Positions 28,919-44,479 are shown, numbered from the stretch's first letter. The stretch: DNA of 64,000 nt from Lama guanicoe (GCA_013239625.1 MU056050.1:2342084-2406083); one strand, 5' to 3'. Numbers and translations are program-made. The notes: a model not told the origin generated them from the letters alone.

Positions 28919-30055
28919 AAGAATAAAAGGAAGAGAGCCCAAATAAGTAAAATCAGAAAGGAAAAGAGAGAAGTTATAACCAACATCACAGAAATACATA
29001 GGCTCATAACAGACTACTATGAGCAACTATACACCAATAAAATGGACAAGCTAGAAGAAATGGACAAATTCTTAGAAAAGTATAATCTCCCAAGACTCAG
29101 CCAGGAAGAAACAGAAAATATGAACAGACCAATTACCAGTACTGAAACTGAGTCAGTAATTTACTTTTTAAATTTATTATTAGCTTTTTTCTTTAAATGG
29201 AGGTGCTGGTGATTGAACTCAGGACCTTGTGCATGCTAAGTACGCACTCTACCATTTGAGCTACACCCTCCCCCGATTCAGTAATTTAAAAACTCCCAAC
29301 AAACAAAAGTCCAGGACCAGATGGCTTCACAGGTGAATTCTACCAAACATTTCGAGAACAGTTAATGCCTAGCCTTCAGGAACTATTCCAAAAAATTGCA
29401 GAGGAAGGAACACTTCCAAACTCATTCTATGAGGCCACCATCACCCTGATACCAAAATATCAAAAGAAAAGAAAATTACAGCCCAATATCACTGATGAAC
29501 ATGAATGTAAAAATCCTCAATAAAATACTAGCAAATCGACTTCAACAACACATTAAAAGGATCAAGTGGGATTTATTCCAGGGAAACAAGGGTTTTTTAA
29601 GATCCACAAATCAATCAATGTGATACATCCCATTAACAAACTGAAAAATAAACATTATATTACCATCTCAATAGATGAAGAAAAAGCTTTTGATAAAATT
29701 CAACATCCATTTACAATAAAAACTCTTCAGAAAGTGGGCATAGAGGGGACATATCTCAACATAATAAAGGCCATTTATGACAAACCCACAGCTAACATCA
29801 TAATGAAAGCATTCCCTCTAAGATCAGGAACAAGACAAGGACGTCTACTCTTGCTACTTTTATTCAACATAGTTTTGGAAGTCTTAGCCACAGAAGTCAG
29901 AGAAGAAAAATAAATAAAAGGAACCTAAGCTGGAAAGAAGAAGTAAATCTGTCACTATTTGTAGATGACATACCATACATAGAAAATTCGAAAGACGCTA
30001 CCAGAAACCTACTAGAACGCATCAATGAACTTGGTAAAACTGCTCCATACAAAAT
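28919..30055 (+). mobile_element. LINE-1 ORF2 continuation (decayed RT region), interrupted by a SINE and 3'-truncated
   Basis: ORF 29566..29913 [20 protein letters not shown]...[10 protein letters not shown]...GTRQG matches L1 RT; small deletions and stops; continues the sequence left of the retrocopy TSD. Confidence 0.92.
29164..29274 (-). mobile_element. tRNA-derived SINE (camelid vic-1-like) inserted in L1
   Basis: Reverse complement GGGGGAGGGTGTAGCTCAAATGGTAGAGTGCG...GGTCCTGAGTTCAATC has A/B boxes; TSD GAGTCAGTAATTTA 29150-29163 / GATTCAGTAATTTA 29275-29288. Confidence 0.88.
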
Positions 30056-31479
30056 TTTACTAGACAGTCCTATACTACATACCTCAAGTCTAAGAAATAC
30101 ATACACAGACACACAGAGAGATAAATCATTACAAGTAACTGTAGGCTGGAAGACTATTCTGTTAAGTGATACCTGGCATAAGTATATAAGCTGTTTTTTT
30201 AAATATGCATAATTTATATAATAAGCAACCAAAAACTTATAAATGAGAGATCTGTTAAAGATTTGTTAATTTTAAATACATTATTTGGAACTAAGGTCAC
30301 ATTCCCTCTTTAGAAGCAATCTTATAAATCTGGTTAAATTCCTAGCTTGGAACAAAAGCCTAAGCCTAGAAACACATCACAAATGATTTATTACAGTGAA
30401 ATATTTTGGGGGTAAAAAAAAAAAAGAACCAAAATTCTATATGATATCATTAGAAAGATTCACTTTTCCTACCACAACCTTAGCAATGAGAGAAGACAGA
30501 TTTCTTCCCAAACTGTGATCAAAATAAACATTTTTCGCTTCCCTTCTGCCCTTTACCTCTGTAAAAATAGAGACTGGAGTTAGGGGCAAGCACCAAATAC
30601 AACTGTGATAGAACGAAGATATAGGAGGGCTGCAATGGAGATGGCGGAGTGGAAGGATGACAGCTCTAGCACATGTGTATCTTGATAACAATATTGTGTA
30701 TGTTTATACATATGTCTATGTATGGGACTTCACAAGTTAGATGTTTGGTCTCCTGCTTCCAAGTTTATGATACTTGTAGCCAAAAAAAAAAGAATTTCAA
30801 ACAAGATATATGAACATCAAGATTTTCAATGAAAAAAGAATATAGCAATAGTGGGTAGAAGTAAAATGAGAAAGAGGCTATTTACATTGTCTCACAGTAT
30901 CTCCCCCCAGGATACATATTAACAATAAAAGGAAAACGAATAACTGTACTCTGGAGAAACCTGGGAGCCATCACGTTAACCAAGTGATCAGTGTTAACAT
31001 CACTAGTAATGGGACAAACTGACTTCACATTCTTCCCAGTATGATGCTCTGGGAAAGACAGAACCCTTTGTTCTTTGAATAGGCACTAGTTAACATGACT
31101 CATCCTTTTCAGACTATAAGGATCAAGGTAATGAAATACTGTTATACTTCCTTTTTATATGACTATATGCTATATAATAAATGTTATATATAGTAATAAA
31201 CTACTTAGCAGGTTTCTTTAGAGTACTTTTACACAATATGAATTTGTGAACATTAAAAAAAATCTACCAGCTAAGTATTAAAAGCCAAGTCAAGTCAAAT
31301 ATTTCAGGTGACAAGGGATTAATATACAACCGCTGTTAAATTTTCTACGCAGTCACTGTTGTCAAAAATTAAAATTAGACGCAATCACCAAACACTGGAG
31401 ACAACTGCATTTGTGCTTATAACAATTTCTAGATTCTTCTGGTTGTTTTACAATTGAAAAGAAATTATGTATTCTTTTC

Positions 31480-32640
31480 AGCTTTAAGACCTTAGTTAGG
31501 CAAAGATCTCTTAGAATACAAAGAGCAAACTATGAAAGAAAATTACTGTTAAATTGGAATTAATCAAAATTTTAAATTTTTGGTTTTCAAGACAGTAAAC
31601 AAAATGACAAGGCAAATCAGACTGAGAATAAAAGACAAAGAACTGAATTTAAAATGGGCAAGAGATTTAAATAGACATTTCAATAAAGATGATTACAAAT
31701 GGCAATTAAGGGCATGAAAAGATGCTCAACATCACAGATCATCAGGGAAATGTAAATTAAAAGCACAAGAGACTAAAATTCAAAAGACTGACAACACCAA
31801 GTGTTGGTGAGGATGTGAAACACTTGAAAGTCATATACATTGCTCCCAGGAATGCAAAATGGAATACACAGGTTGGAAAAGTTTGACAAAAAGTTAAACA
31901 TACACTTACCCATATGGCCCAGCAATCCCATTCCTGGGGAAACAAAAACATATGCCCCCCCCCGAAAAAGACTTGTACAAGAATATCCACAGCAGCTTTA
32001 TTTATAATAGCCCCCAACTAGAAACAACCCAAATGCCCATCAACTGGCAAATGGATAACTGTGTTACATCTACATAATGAAATACTACACAGCAATAAAG
32101 GAACTACTGACACGTGCAACAACTGAGATGAAATCTCAAAAGCATTAAGTGGAAGAAACCAGACAGAAAAGAGTACATTCTATACAATTCCATTTACGTG
32201 AAATTCTAGAAAAAGCAAAACCATAGTGACAGAAAGCCTACCAGTGGTTGCCAGGAACTAGCAACGAAGGGAAGGAACTGATGGCAAAGGGACAAGAGGG
32301 AACTTGCCGGGACGATGAAAATATTCTATAACCTGAGCGTGATGGTGGACACACAGCTGTGTACATTTGTCAAAACTCACCAAACTGTACAATTAAAATG
32401 GGTGAAGTTTACTGTATGTAAATTTTAACTCAAATCTGATTTTAAAAGCAAAAAAATAACATAAACAGTTACCCCTAGGGTAATGACTAGGACATACAAG
32501 GAGAACTCTGGGGTGCCAGTACTTTTCTATTTCTTGATCTGAGTGGTGGACACATGGGTGTTTAGTTTGGAAAAGTCACTGAGCTATACAATTATGGTTT
32601 GTGTACTTTCTGTATTATGTTTTATTTCAATAAAGAGTTT
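31480..32640 (+). mobile_element. Old L1 (L1MB/ME-like) 3' end
   Basis: aaagatgctcaacatca...cccagcaatccca...aaacaacccaaatgcccatcaac...tttgtcaaaactcac; ends at aataaa. Confidence 0.85.
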
Positions 32641-32654
32641 ACATAAATAAATAA

Positions 32655-32655
<1 letters not shown>

Positions 32656-32703
<48 letters not shown>
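32656..32703. repeat. (TAGA)12 tetranucleotide microsatellite preceded by (TAAA)3
   Basis: Direct reading; arises from the A-rich L1 tail. Confidence 0.95.
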
Positions 32704-32704
<1 letters not shown>

Positions 32705-33051
32705 CGATCCTCAACAGGAGGATGGGTTGAAGGGACTTCACACAAATAACAGCAATGATTCAAATCTGCAGCCAAGAAAATAACTGAGCAGAAGAACAGC
32801 AAGGGGAAAGAATGTTGAATTAATTACTAATTATAAGAGGATTCAAAAAGCAATCACTTGTCCAAAGCACTTTTTCCTATTTGGGGGATGTGACTAATCT
32901 GGCTGGATTTAAATTTTATATATAAATAGTTAGGACATAATTGACTTTCCTCAAACCTTATTCAACGTAACATTTTAAGTTCACTTTCTTTTTATTTCTA
33001 GAGATACACATAAACACAAATATACTCAGAACATTTTCATTCCAAAATTTA

Positions 33052-33327
<276 letters not shown>

Positions 33328-34526
33328 TTAAGTGAACACAGTCATATTAATCAGTAAGTAAAACTTTTCTTTCTCATATTTGCTTTCTATATTCCAACTG
33401 TGCCTAACTTCATTATACCAGATAATTTAACTGGTAGAAAAAGACAAAAACAATACTCATTTCAAAAAAATCAGAGCTCAGAGGAGACTCTTCCAAATTA
33501 AGCCCATAAGAAAAGGAAATGTGAGAAATGCAGATTCCAAGTAACATTTAACACACATCATATGAATTTGTTTTTAGTTAAATTTGGTCAGTATCAGGAA
33601 TTTGGATATGGGGATGGGGAACAAGAGATGGACCTCAGAGACACTGAAAGATGAAACAGAAAAATATGGATATAACAACACTGATTCAAGTCAATAAACA
33701 TTTCTCAATCTGGGTTCCACTACCTAGACTGAGTATGAGGTAGGTGGTGGTAGGGAAGGTGAGCAGCATAATGAAAGAGGGTGTCACACTAAAAAGGAAA
33801 GCATGCCCAGAGTTCTCACCTGCTGAGCAGGTGTCCCGCTGTGGAGTCACAGGGGTCACTCTCTGAGAAGAAGCCTTCATGGTCCACAGCCCAGGTGGCA
33901 CTGAAGGCAGCAGCCAGCAGCTATGCACGAGTCACAAGGCTGGGGCTTTTGAGGCAGGCTCTGATCTGTGGGGCTGAAGCCAGAGCTGCTGCCAATACTG
34001 CTTCTAAGTATCCTGCAAGTAGGCTGAGGGCTAGAGGACTGGTTGACACAGTAACTAGGGATGATGAGAGAGGCTGCACTAGCAATTTCCAGAACAGCAG
34101 CCTATATGCCAGAAGAGATGAGGCAAGCAGAGAGGCAAAGTCCTCACTCAGAGCCACTCAACCCAGGACAGAGGAGAATTACACTAAGTAAAAACCTTAG
34201 GAATTCTGCCCCCCAAGAGAGGAAGAAAAATGAAAAACAGAAGAATGGAGTTTTCACTCTGAATGGAGCAAACCCAACCTAGAAGTCTAACCTACAGTTT
34301 TTGAACTACATTGCATCACACATTCTGTAACACCTGGTCTAGATGATAGAGGAGATAAGTCACTGGTTAATACCTTTAGACTGATGTGCTCTGTGAATAG
34401 TCCTTATCTTCTGATAAAACATACTAATCTGATAGAACATACTGAAATATATGCTTGGTTTGAGGAGACAAGATAAATATGCAGATTTTCTCTGGTAGTC
34501 CTAAACTATTTCTACCTCAATGGTTA

Positions 34527-34718
<192 letters not shown>

Positions 34719-35310
34719 CTAAAAAAGAACAATTACAGCAAAGATACTCAGAACAGACACCAATAAATCTTTGTATATTTTCATTTAAAAAATTAAGCTA
34801 AAAAACACAACAATGTTATGTCAACAACAGCTGTCATTCACAGGAAATGCAATAGTATTTTCCTGAAAGTACAAGCAGGATTTTTAGCTACTGGGGAGGA
34901 GGGTGAGGAGCACAGGATCTGCTTTTTCATTTAGCAGACACAGCATGACAGTTTATAGTCTTGGAATTAAATTAGGTTCTATTTAATGTTTTAGTGTGCC
35001 ACAGAGAACTAGAATTCCTTCATCTTTGAGAATCTCTTTAGAATTTAAAAGACATTAGTATGCAGAGTACACATATAGTCAACACATTTGTGGTTTTATT
35101 TAGAATATATTTTGAAATTTATGTAAGAAAAAACATAGCAGCCTCTTTCAGGGCAATGCCAATCAGATTAAAACCAAAAGCACCTTTGCAAATTAGTATT
35201 CCAAAAACCAGATTTCACTACAATCAAAATTAAGAAATTAATCTTCTATAAACTGATTAACCATTACAAGTTAAATTACATAATTCTAAATCTAGAAGAC
35301 AATGTTACTA

Positions 35311-35481
<171 letters not shown>

Positions 35482-38170
35482 CTAAAAATGGTTCATTGAA
35501 TTTCATAAAACAGCTAATACTATTTGCATATATAAAAAGCAAACACTATGTCCTCTCAATTGATAAAACTGTAAATAAGAAGCCTGGTCTATTCATGATC
35601 ATAATTTCTCTTCTAAATAAGTTTCTCTCCATTATTTTCCTATAACCTTACAGGGTTAAGTACCTGAATTTTGTACACCTTTTAAAATCAGGGAGCAGTT
35701 CAAAGTTTCATCTCTTCTGTCTGTTAGAGGTCCTAAATTAATGTAATACTACAACAATGATGCTTACTATTGAATTTATTAGTTTGTCCAAGAAAATGTA
35801 TACTTGTTCCATTAAAAAAATCAGATTTCCCCTCTTAAGGCCAAACTCCAAATTAAATATAAGTACTACATACGAATCCAATTTGGAAAAGGTAAACTAT
35901 TGATTTACATAAAGGGGTAAATTTGATTCCTCTAAATGAAAAATTTCAAGTTAAAAAATTATGCACAGCTTGACATCTCACTTTTCATTTTCTAGATACC
36001 TATATGACTTAAGTCACAAACTAGTTTCTAGTTTACTACAAAAGAAAAAGTAATATGGATAATCGGGCCTCCATTAAGAAAAAAGGATCAAGTATCTTAA
36101 GTACAGCCATCTTATATGAGTGGAAGATGGTTAATGTAGACATTTCATAGGATAACCCAGACACGCAGAAAAATACAGCCAACAAACCATTATTTAATAG
36201 CTTCTGCTAGGCACCATGGTGAGCTATAAAAGAAGCACTCCTACCCCTAGAAATATATAATCTATTTCAGTAGCTAAGTCTAATGCAAAGTAAACAATCA
36301 GTAAATAATAAAAAGAGATACAGTGAAATATTAAACTACATATTACAGACTTTATCCCATTAGTCAAAAAGGGGGAGCAGGAGAAAACTCACTGTGGACT
36401 AATGCAAGGAGGTAAGTGAGATTTTCTCATTCTTTATTCTCTCCACTGGCAATCAAACCCATTACTGCTTTACTTACATGTCTACCATAGGCCCTCATCT
36501 TTTACCTAGACTACTGCAATTGCCTCTAAAAATCTCCCATTACAATGAGTTAACTGTAAGTTTCTAATCACAGTTCTCTCAATTTCTAGTTTTGTGTATT
36601 TTGAGAATGTTATTAGATGCATATAAAGTTACAACAATTATATCTTCCTAGTGAACAAAACTTTACCATTATGAAGTGACTGGCCCTTTTTGCCAAAAAG
36701 TATACTTGGTTTAACAATAATAATTTCCCTGGTATATTTTTCTCACCCTTTTACTTCCAACCTTTCTTTGTCCATAGGTTTTAGATGTCTCATGTAAACA
36801 ATAAACTGATTTTTAACCCCATCTGATAATCCTTGTCATCTTAAAAGGAACACTTAAATCTGCTTGCATTTATTGTTAAACTCAAAAATATCAGTAATAA
36901 ATCTAACATCATTCTTTGTACTTTCCATTTGTCCTGCGAGCCTACACTTGCCTATAAACTCATATCTATGTCTTCTCAAATGCTGACCAATTTTGCATGT
37001 TCTCAGTTTGTACATCCCTTCTCTACTCGAAATCTTGAATGAATGGCTCCCTACTCTCAACAAGAAAGAAATCCAAACTCTTTACTATGGCACTTAACAG
37101 TCCTTCACAGTTTAGCCCAAACCTTCTCCATCTTCATTTCCCCTACATACCACTCTAGGCTCTAACCACTCTGAGCTTCCTGATATTCCTCTAAGGTGAT
37201 AATGAAGCCTTTTCAAACCTCCTGCCTTTACATTCAGTTAATTCTACCTACAAAGCTCCCCACCTTTTAAGCCTGGCCAACATCTACTAACCTATCAAGC
37301 TCCAAGTTCAACATGAGTAGTGTGAGAAAGCCTTCCAAAGTCCCCCCAACACAGAGATGGTCACTATCTATTCTGAGCCCTCAGAGCATTTTGTGAATAC
37401 CTGGAATTTCTTATATAATACAAAATGTTTTCTCCCTTTCTAGACTATGACTGCTTCCAAGATAGTGATCAAGTTTTATTAAACTCTGTAACCACCATAT
37501 GTAATGACAGGCAAGGAAATTAGTGATTCCAAAGGCAGTGAAGATGATGTCAGCTTTGGACATTAAGGTTTATGTTCTCAGATATCCTAATGCACAACCT
37601 AAGAAAACAGGAATTTTTATACTACAAACCTAGTGTTTTCAAACTGACAAGCTACACTGTTGCTAAACTAAAGCTCATCAATCACAATCACATACACACT
37701 CCCTTATATCCTTGATCCAGCAATAAAAGCACAATACTAGTTATTTATTATCCAGTAAAAACAGAAGGGAAAAAGTACACAAAAACTTCCCATTCATCCT
37801 GAATGCCTAAAATTAATATTTGGGGGAGAAGGAAGAACTATCTAGGTAATCCCATATTTTCCATAATTTGTGTATAAAAAGAAGTCTAAAATCACACTGA
37901 TTAGAACTTGGCCTCTCTCTCCTTGGTCATAATTAACAACTTTAACTCCAAAGCAAACCTTGAACTCTGTAAACAGTGACAAGATACTGGATTTCCACAG
38001 TTTGTCAAAGAACTAAATTCATTCACTTTATGAAGTAAACACAAAGCAATAATGCATTAGGGCTTCAAAAATTAAGACTTGAGAGTCTAGAACCAACCCT
38101 GGAGTGCTATATGGCTGCCTACTCCTCTTCCCCACCCCTGGGATGGATAATATTCTTAGCAGCCCACTTA

Positions 38171-38296
<126 letters not shown>

Positions 38297-39329
38297 TTAG
38301 TGCATAAAGTACAACTAAAATCATATCCTTTATCTATCAATAATTAAGAACAATCAGATCAAATAACTCTAGGTCAACAATAAATTTTGCTGCTCTTCCT
38401 GATCATAAATAATATCTGAATTTAGGGCAAAGATAATTGTGTGAACATCCCTTTCACATTGGAACACCTGATGAACACAAGGAAAGCAGTTTCAAAAATG
38501 GACACATTTTACAATACATGCTAATATTTGGCTAAAATCTGAAACTTGAATAAGATTTTATACTGCATAATATTTACTTTGGATTTCTGTTTATATGTGT
38601 GTTTTCTTGCTCTTTCAAGTACTTCTCAGTGGAGATGCTGGTAGACAAGACTGACAAATTTGGAAGTACAGAACCATCTGTATCTGCTTTACACTTTTCT
38701 CCCTATTCTTTTACTTCCTGGGTTTTGTGCTAAGTATATCTGCTTGTCAGCTGATTTCCCCTTCAAAACAAGTGTCTATACTTGTTACACACAGATAAAT
38801 CAACATTTCAAAACAAGGAACGGCCAATTCCAGGCTAGCCCTATGGACTCTACACAGAAACAGAAGGATCTATGAATGCTATCAAGAAGACTTCCCTAAT
38901 TTTTAAACTGCTTAGGGTTAGGTGAATAGAAGAGTAAAGTGAGGACAACTGGCAATTACTAAACAGCAAAATGCAAATAAAAAGCAAACAGTGACAATAC
39001 ATTAAGTTCTGCTTCTACAAAATAACTGAAAATGAGATCTTTTAAAAAAGTAAGGCTTTCCCCACATTGTGATAGGTGTTATGCACATAACATATGAAGC
39101 TAACCAAACTAATAGATATCATACAAAAAAGTATCGTTTCACTGTAATTTTCAACTTAACAATAGTTAAGTCTTCAACTTTAACAAGTTTAAATGTTTTT
39201 AAATGGTCATTTAGTAGCAAAATATTTTCCCAGAAAAATAAATGGTTGCCAAGGTTTCAAAGTAAACCCACAAAAGCTCACTACCTGACTTGAACCCACC
39301 AGGAATACTCTCATTATTCCCATTATCTC

Positions 39330-39762
39330 TGTTTAAATGGGTCACCATAAGAAGCCTCCAACTCTCAGGGCAAAAGTCAACTCCCGTACTCTGATCCTCA
39401 TACTATTCTGCACAATCCCTATTCTGTCCTATCCCACTTAACAGCATTCCTGAAAACCTTCCATGGAATCCTCTGGAATTCATCATCCATCCTCAGCAAA
39501 ACCCCCTATTTCCTGAACCTCTCACTAAATGTTCCCTTCACCTTTATGCTTCAACAGAGCCTAGCACTCCCTAGGAACACCACTCTCACTATAAACCAGT
39601 CAACTGGTGACTATTTCCCCCAGACCCCTTACGCTACTAGGCCTGGAGGTGGGATATGAATCATCTTTGCTTTCTGTGTTTGTTTTCAGACTATTCTCCC
39701 TCCACGCTCCCTAAAGCCCACCCACCTTTGAATTTCTTATCCCTCACTGTTGTTGTGATCTA
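39330..39762 (+). mobile_element. L2 LINE ORF2 5' piece (endonuclease region)
   Basis: ctctggaattcatcatccatcctcagcaaaaccccctatttcctgaacctc pyrimidine-rich L2 signature; continues at 42845. Confidence 0.6.
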
Positions 39763-42700
39763 GTTTCATTCCACTGTGGTCAAAGAAGATATTCTGTATG
39801 ATTTCAATGTTATAAATTTATTGAGACTTGTCTTGTGGTCTAATAAAGATCTATCCTGGAGAATGCTCCACGTGCACTTGAGAAGAATATGTTATCTATT
39901 GTTGGGTAGAATGTTCTACATATGTCTATTAAGTCTAATTGGTTTACAGTGTTGTTCAAGTCCTCTATTTCCTTACTGATCTTTTGTCCAGTCGTTTTAT
40001 CCATTAATGAGAGTGGAGTATGGAAATATCTAACAATTATTGTAAAACGGTCTATTTCTCCCTTCAGTTTTGTTAATGTTTGCTTTATATATTTTGAGGC
40101 TCTGTTTGGTGCACATTTATGTTTATAACTGTTGTATGTTCTTGGTAGTTGACCCTTTTATCAATATATAATGTCTTTCGTTATCTATTATTACAAGTTT
40201 TGAAGTCTATTTTGTCTGATATTAGAAAAGCCACCTCAGCTCTCTCCTGGATACTATTTGCATGGGATATCTATTTCCGTACTTTCACTTTCAACGTATT
40301 TGTATCTTTGGATCTAAAGTAAGTCTCATAGATAACATACAGTTGGAGCATGCTTTTTTATACATTCTGCCGAACTCTGCCTTTTAATTACAAAGTTCAA
40401 CCATTTACATTTAAATAATTACTGACAAGGAATGACTTCTGCCATTTTGCTATTTGTTTTCTGTATGTCTCATTTTTTGTTTCTCATTTCCTCCATTACT
40501 GCCTTCTTTTGTGTCTGATTTTTTTTGTAGTGTGTCATTTTGATTCCCTTCTTTCCTTCTCCATTTATTTTTTAGGTATTTTCTTAGTGGCTACCTTGAG
40601 TATTACAAGTAACATTTTGAACTTTTAATAACCTAGCTTGAATTAATACCAACTTAGTTTCAATATTATACAAAAACTTTGTTATCTATACATCTCTATC
40701 CCTCCCCCTTTTACATTGTTACACATTGTGCACCAATTAGATTTATAATTACTATTTTATTCCTTTGTCTTTTAAATCATACCAGAAAAAAGGAGGAGCT
40801 AAAAACCAAAAAATACAGTAATATTGGCTTTTATATTTACCTATGTAGTTACCATTACCTTTCTTTATTTCTTCATATGGCTTCAAGTTACTGTCTAGTG
40901 TCCTATCATTTCAGCCCAAAGGACTCCCTTTAGCATTTCTTGTAGGGCAGGTCTACTAGTGCCAAACTCCTCCAGCTTTTGTTTATCTTGGAATGTCATA
41001 ACCTCTCATTTTTCAGAGATAGTTTTGCTGGATACAGAATTCTCTCAGTATTTTTATACGTGCCATTCCACTGCCTTCTGAAAGGAAATCAGCTGTCAGT
41101 CTCGAGTCTTACTGAGGATCTCTTGTATATAATGGGTCATGCCTGTTTTGTTGCTTTCAAGATTCTCTTTCAACAATTTGACTATATAATGTGTCTCAGT
41201 GTAGATTTCTCTTGAGTTTATCCTTTCTGGTGTTCATGGAGCTTCTTAAGCTGTGTAGACTCGTATCTTTCCCCAAATTTGGGAAGTTTTCGACCTTTTT
41301 TTTTTTTTTCAAATATGCTTTCTGTCCTCTCTCTCCTCTGCCTGAGACTCCATAATGCACATATTGGTACATCTGATGGTGTCTTATAGGTCTCTTAGGC
41401 TTTGTTCATTTTTCTTCATTCTTTTCTGTTTCTGCTCCTCAGACTGAATAACCTCAATTCATTTATCAAGTTGTTTTATTGTTTCTTCAGTCTTCTCAAA
41501 TCTGCTGTTGTACCCATCTAGTAAATTTTTCATTTCTGTTATCATACTTTTTGGCTCCAGAATTTGTTCCGTTCCTTTTTAAATAATTTTTTTTTAACTG
41601 ATATTCTCTGCCTGGCAAGACAGTGCTTTCCTAGTTCCCTTTAATTCTTTTCTCATGGTTTCCTATAGATCATAAGCATATTTAGGACTGTTAATTTAAA
41701 TTATTTATCTAGTAAGTCCATCTCTTGGGCTTCCCCAGGGATAGTTTCTATTAATTTTCTTTTTTTTTTAATGAATGAGCCTTACTTTGTTTCTTTACAT
41801 ACCTCATATTCCTTGATGAAAATTGAGTATTTTCAGTATCATGTGGCAACTATGAAAATCAGATTCTGCCCCCTCTCTGGGGCCTGTTGATGCTGCTTAT
41901 TGTGGGTTTACTGTTTGCTTGTTTAGTGACTTCTCTAAACTCATTTTGTAAAGTCTGTATTATTGTTTGCTGCCACTGAAATCTGTGTTCTATTAGCTTA
42001 GTAATCAGCTAGTGTTTTGAATTTCTTAAAGGCTTGAAGAGAAAAGGAAAAAAAAATACTCTTCCAATCTTTGCACGTTGGTTCTATGTTAGAGGACTTT
42101 TCAACACTTAGCCAGGTCATTTACAACCCTTCCTTAGTCTTCACTTCCTGCTCATGAAGAACTTGAAGGCCAGCCAGAGGAAAAAGCTTAGGGTCTTCTC
42201 ATTCCTTTTCTGTGCATGTATCCAGTCCTGGCATGTGTTAGGCATTTTTTTTCCCTGGTTCTGTGGTATGTGTAGCTTTTTTAAAGCCTTTATTTCCCTG
42301 TATATCTCCTTATCCAACTTCTTTCTTCCCAGGCATTCAGTCTCTATATTGCTTGTCCAATTATTGTCTCTTACTCCAGGCTGCTAAAGCCAGTAGTTGT
42401 GCCTTCAAATGCTTTTGGCAAAAGCTACCCCAGCCATACAGATGCTCCCAGTCAGACAAAACAGAGACAGGCCCTTGCACCAGTCCTTCAGTGAGCAGCC
42501 ATACAGGCCAAATTCTTTGAGAACAATTCTTTATATCCTCTGGCATTAGAAAACTGTACTAGGAGTACAGGCTTCTATCTTCACAGCCACCATCAATCTG
42601 GGTGTGAGGGACAGTAGGAAGGCAATTTAAAATGTCACAGTGCTCTCTTAACCCAAAGCAGAAGCATCGTTCTTCACCAAGTCTTTCCTTGGTTGTTCAA

Positions 42701-42844
42701 AAGTTTTTGTTTTGTTTTGTCTTGTTTTTTACTAAACACCAGAGTTCTGTAAAAGTTGACTGACAGTTTTTTGCCAGTTTATTAGTTGCTTTTATGAAGG
42801 GACAGAGCTCTGGAGTTCTCTACTCTGTCATTTTCAGTTATGTC
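39763..42844 (-). mobile_element. Old L1 (L1M-type): 5' region, ORF1 and start of ORF2, antisense, nested in L2
   Basis: ttccactgtggtc...tcctggagaatgctccacgtgcacttgagaagaat (ORF2 EN antisense); tttagcatttcttgtagggcaggtctacta (ORF1 antisense); ends ctctgtcattttc. Confidence 0.8.
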
Positions 42845-44395
42845 CTATTGTTGCCATCTATGGACTTCTGGGTCACTGCCTTTCATTCAGCAATGATCTT
42901 AGCTTCTGATTCACTGTCACTCTCTCCAACTTTATTCCTTTCTTAATTTTTGGAGATTTTCATATACATGTTATAGTGACACTTCCATCATGCGGGTCTC
43001 TCAGTTCCTTGAACTCCTCTCTTCCAAAGATCTCCTCTATCCTATCTCAGCCATTCACTCCATATCCTAAACTTTAATATTAGAATCCCTCCAAAGTGTC
43101 AATCTTACATATCCACTGTCAACTGTGTCCTTTATGCTGCTGGCCAGTCATACTCTATTTCTCTTGTCCATTCACGCTCCCACTCTCCTATACAACTATT
43201 TCTTACCTTCTCTCCTATGTTCCAATATTTCCTCTCTCATCCTCTCTCTCAGCTGATAACCTCACTTTCTATTTCAGCAAGAAAACTGGAGCAATCAATA
43301 GGACTTCTACAAACTCTCACCATCTGATCTACCCACCTACCAACAAAACTGTACCTATATATGCTATCTTTCCACCTGTTGTTACAGATGAACTCTCTAT
43401 GCTCCTATTTAAAGGTCATCCATCACTTATACCATAAACTTCCTACTTAGGAACACTACCTCAATAATTCTTCTCCTCTCTCTCCTATGAGTTTTCCTCC
43501 TTTCTATTCAATAATTCCCATCAGCATATAAACATATTCTCTCTCCCATCTTCATAATACAAACTCTCGTGAGCTCACTTCCCCTTCCAGCTACCACTCC
43601 ATCTGCCTGTGCCTCTTTGTAGCAACTCCTTTTTACAGTTGTCTGTTCTCATTATCTCCAATTCTGCCCTCTCCATTCTCTCATAACACTAACCCAACTC
43701 AAACCAAAATGGCTGGTTTTGATCTCCCTGCTGATAAACCCAGGGACAATTTTTCAGTCCTCATCTGAAATGACCTATCAGGGACATTTAACAGAACTGA
43801 TCATTCCTTTCTCCATTAGCTTCCAAGATGTTATATTCTTTTTGTTTTCCTCTTACCTTATATACCTCTTCTTTCTATACCTCCTTTGCTGGTTCTTCCT
43901 CTTCTCCCATGCCCTTTATCATCAGAACACCCCAAGGCTCAATCCTTGGTTCCCTTCTCTTATTTCTTTATATCCAACTTGGTGGTTTCATCCAGTATCA
44001 CAACTTTAAATATCATCTATGTGCTTCTGACACCCACATTTCTATTTCTAGCATTATCATTTCTGCTGAAAACCACATCCGTATATCCAACATCCCCACT
44101 CGGATATCTGGATCTCTAACAGACAAACTTAACATGCCCAAAATTGAATTCCTGACTCCTACTCACAGCATCCAAACCCATTCTACCTAAAATTTACCCT
44201 ATCTCAGTTGATGATAAAACCATCTTTTTAGCTGCTCAGTCCAAAAAAAATTTAGGATAGCCCTTAACTCTACTTTCTCACATTCTGTATCTAATCAATC
44301 AGCAAATACTACTGGCTGTACCTTCAAAATGTATTCAGAACCTCATCAACTCCCACTACTACCATAACCATATTGATCCTTTGAAAATCAAAGTC
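42845..44395 (+). mobile_element. L2 LINE middle piece
   Basis: ccccaaggctcaatccttggt...aatatcatctatgtgcttctgac...aacatgcccaaaattgaattcctga L2 RT motifs. Confidence 0.75.
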
Positions 44396-44440
44396 AGAAG
44401 TGCATGCACACTTTTTCTCTCTCTTGTCTCTTACACACTT

Positions 44441-44467
44441 ACACACACACACACACACACACACACT
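44441..44467. repeat. (AC)n microsatellite
   Basis: Direct reading. Confidence 0.9.
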
Positions 44468-44479
44468 ACTCATATCATT

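Noticed and set aside
29566..29913. Reverse transcriptase ORF as an active or novel RT system
   Set aside because: Ordinary decayed L1 ORF2 fragment with deletions and stops; the element is truncated.
33686..34282. Cluster of overlapping ORFs of 73-116 aa on both strands
   Set aside because: No recognisable protein; a GC-richer intronic stretch, probably an old LTR, where open frames arise by chance.
43096..44190. Several hydrophobic ORFs of 77-120 aa
   Set aside because: Derived from decayed pyrimidine-rich L2 ORF2 sequence.
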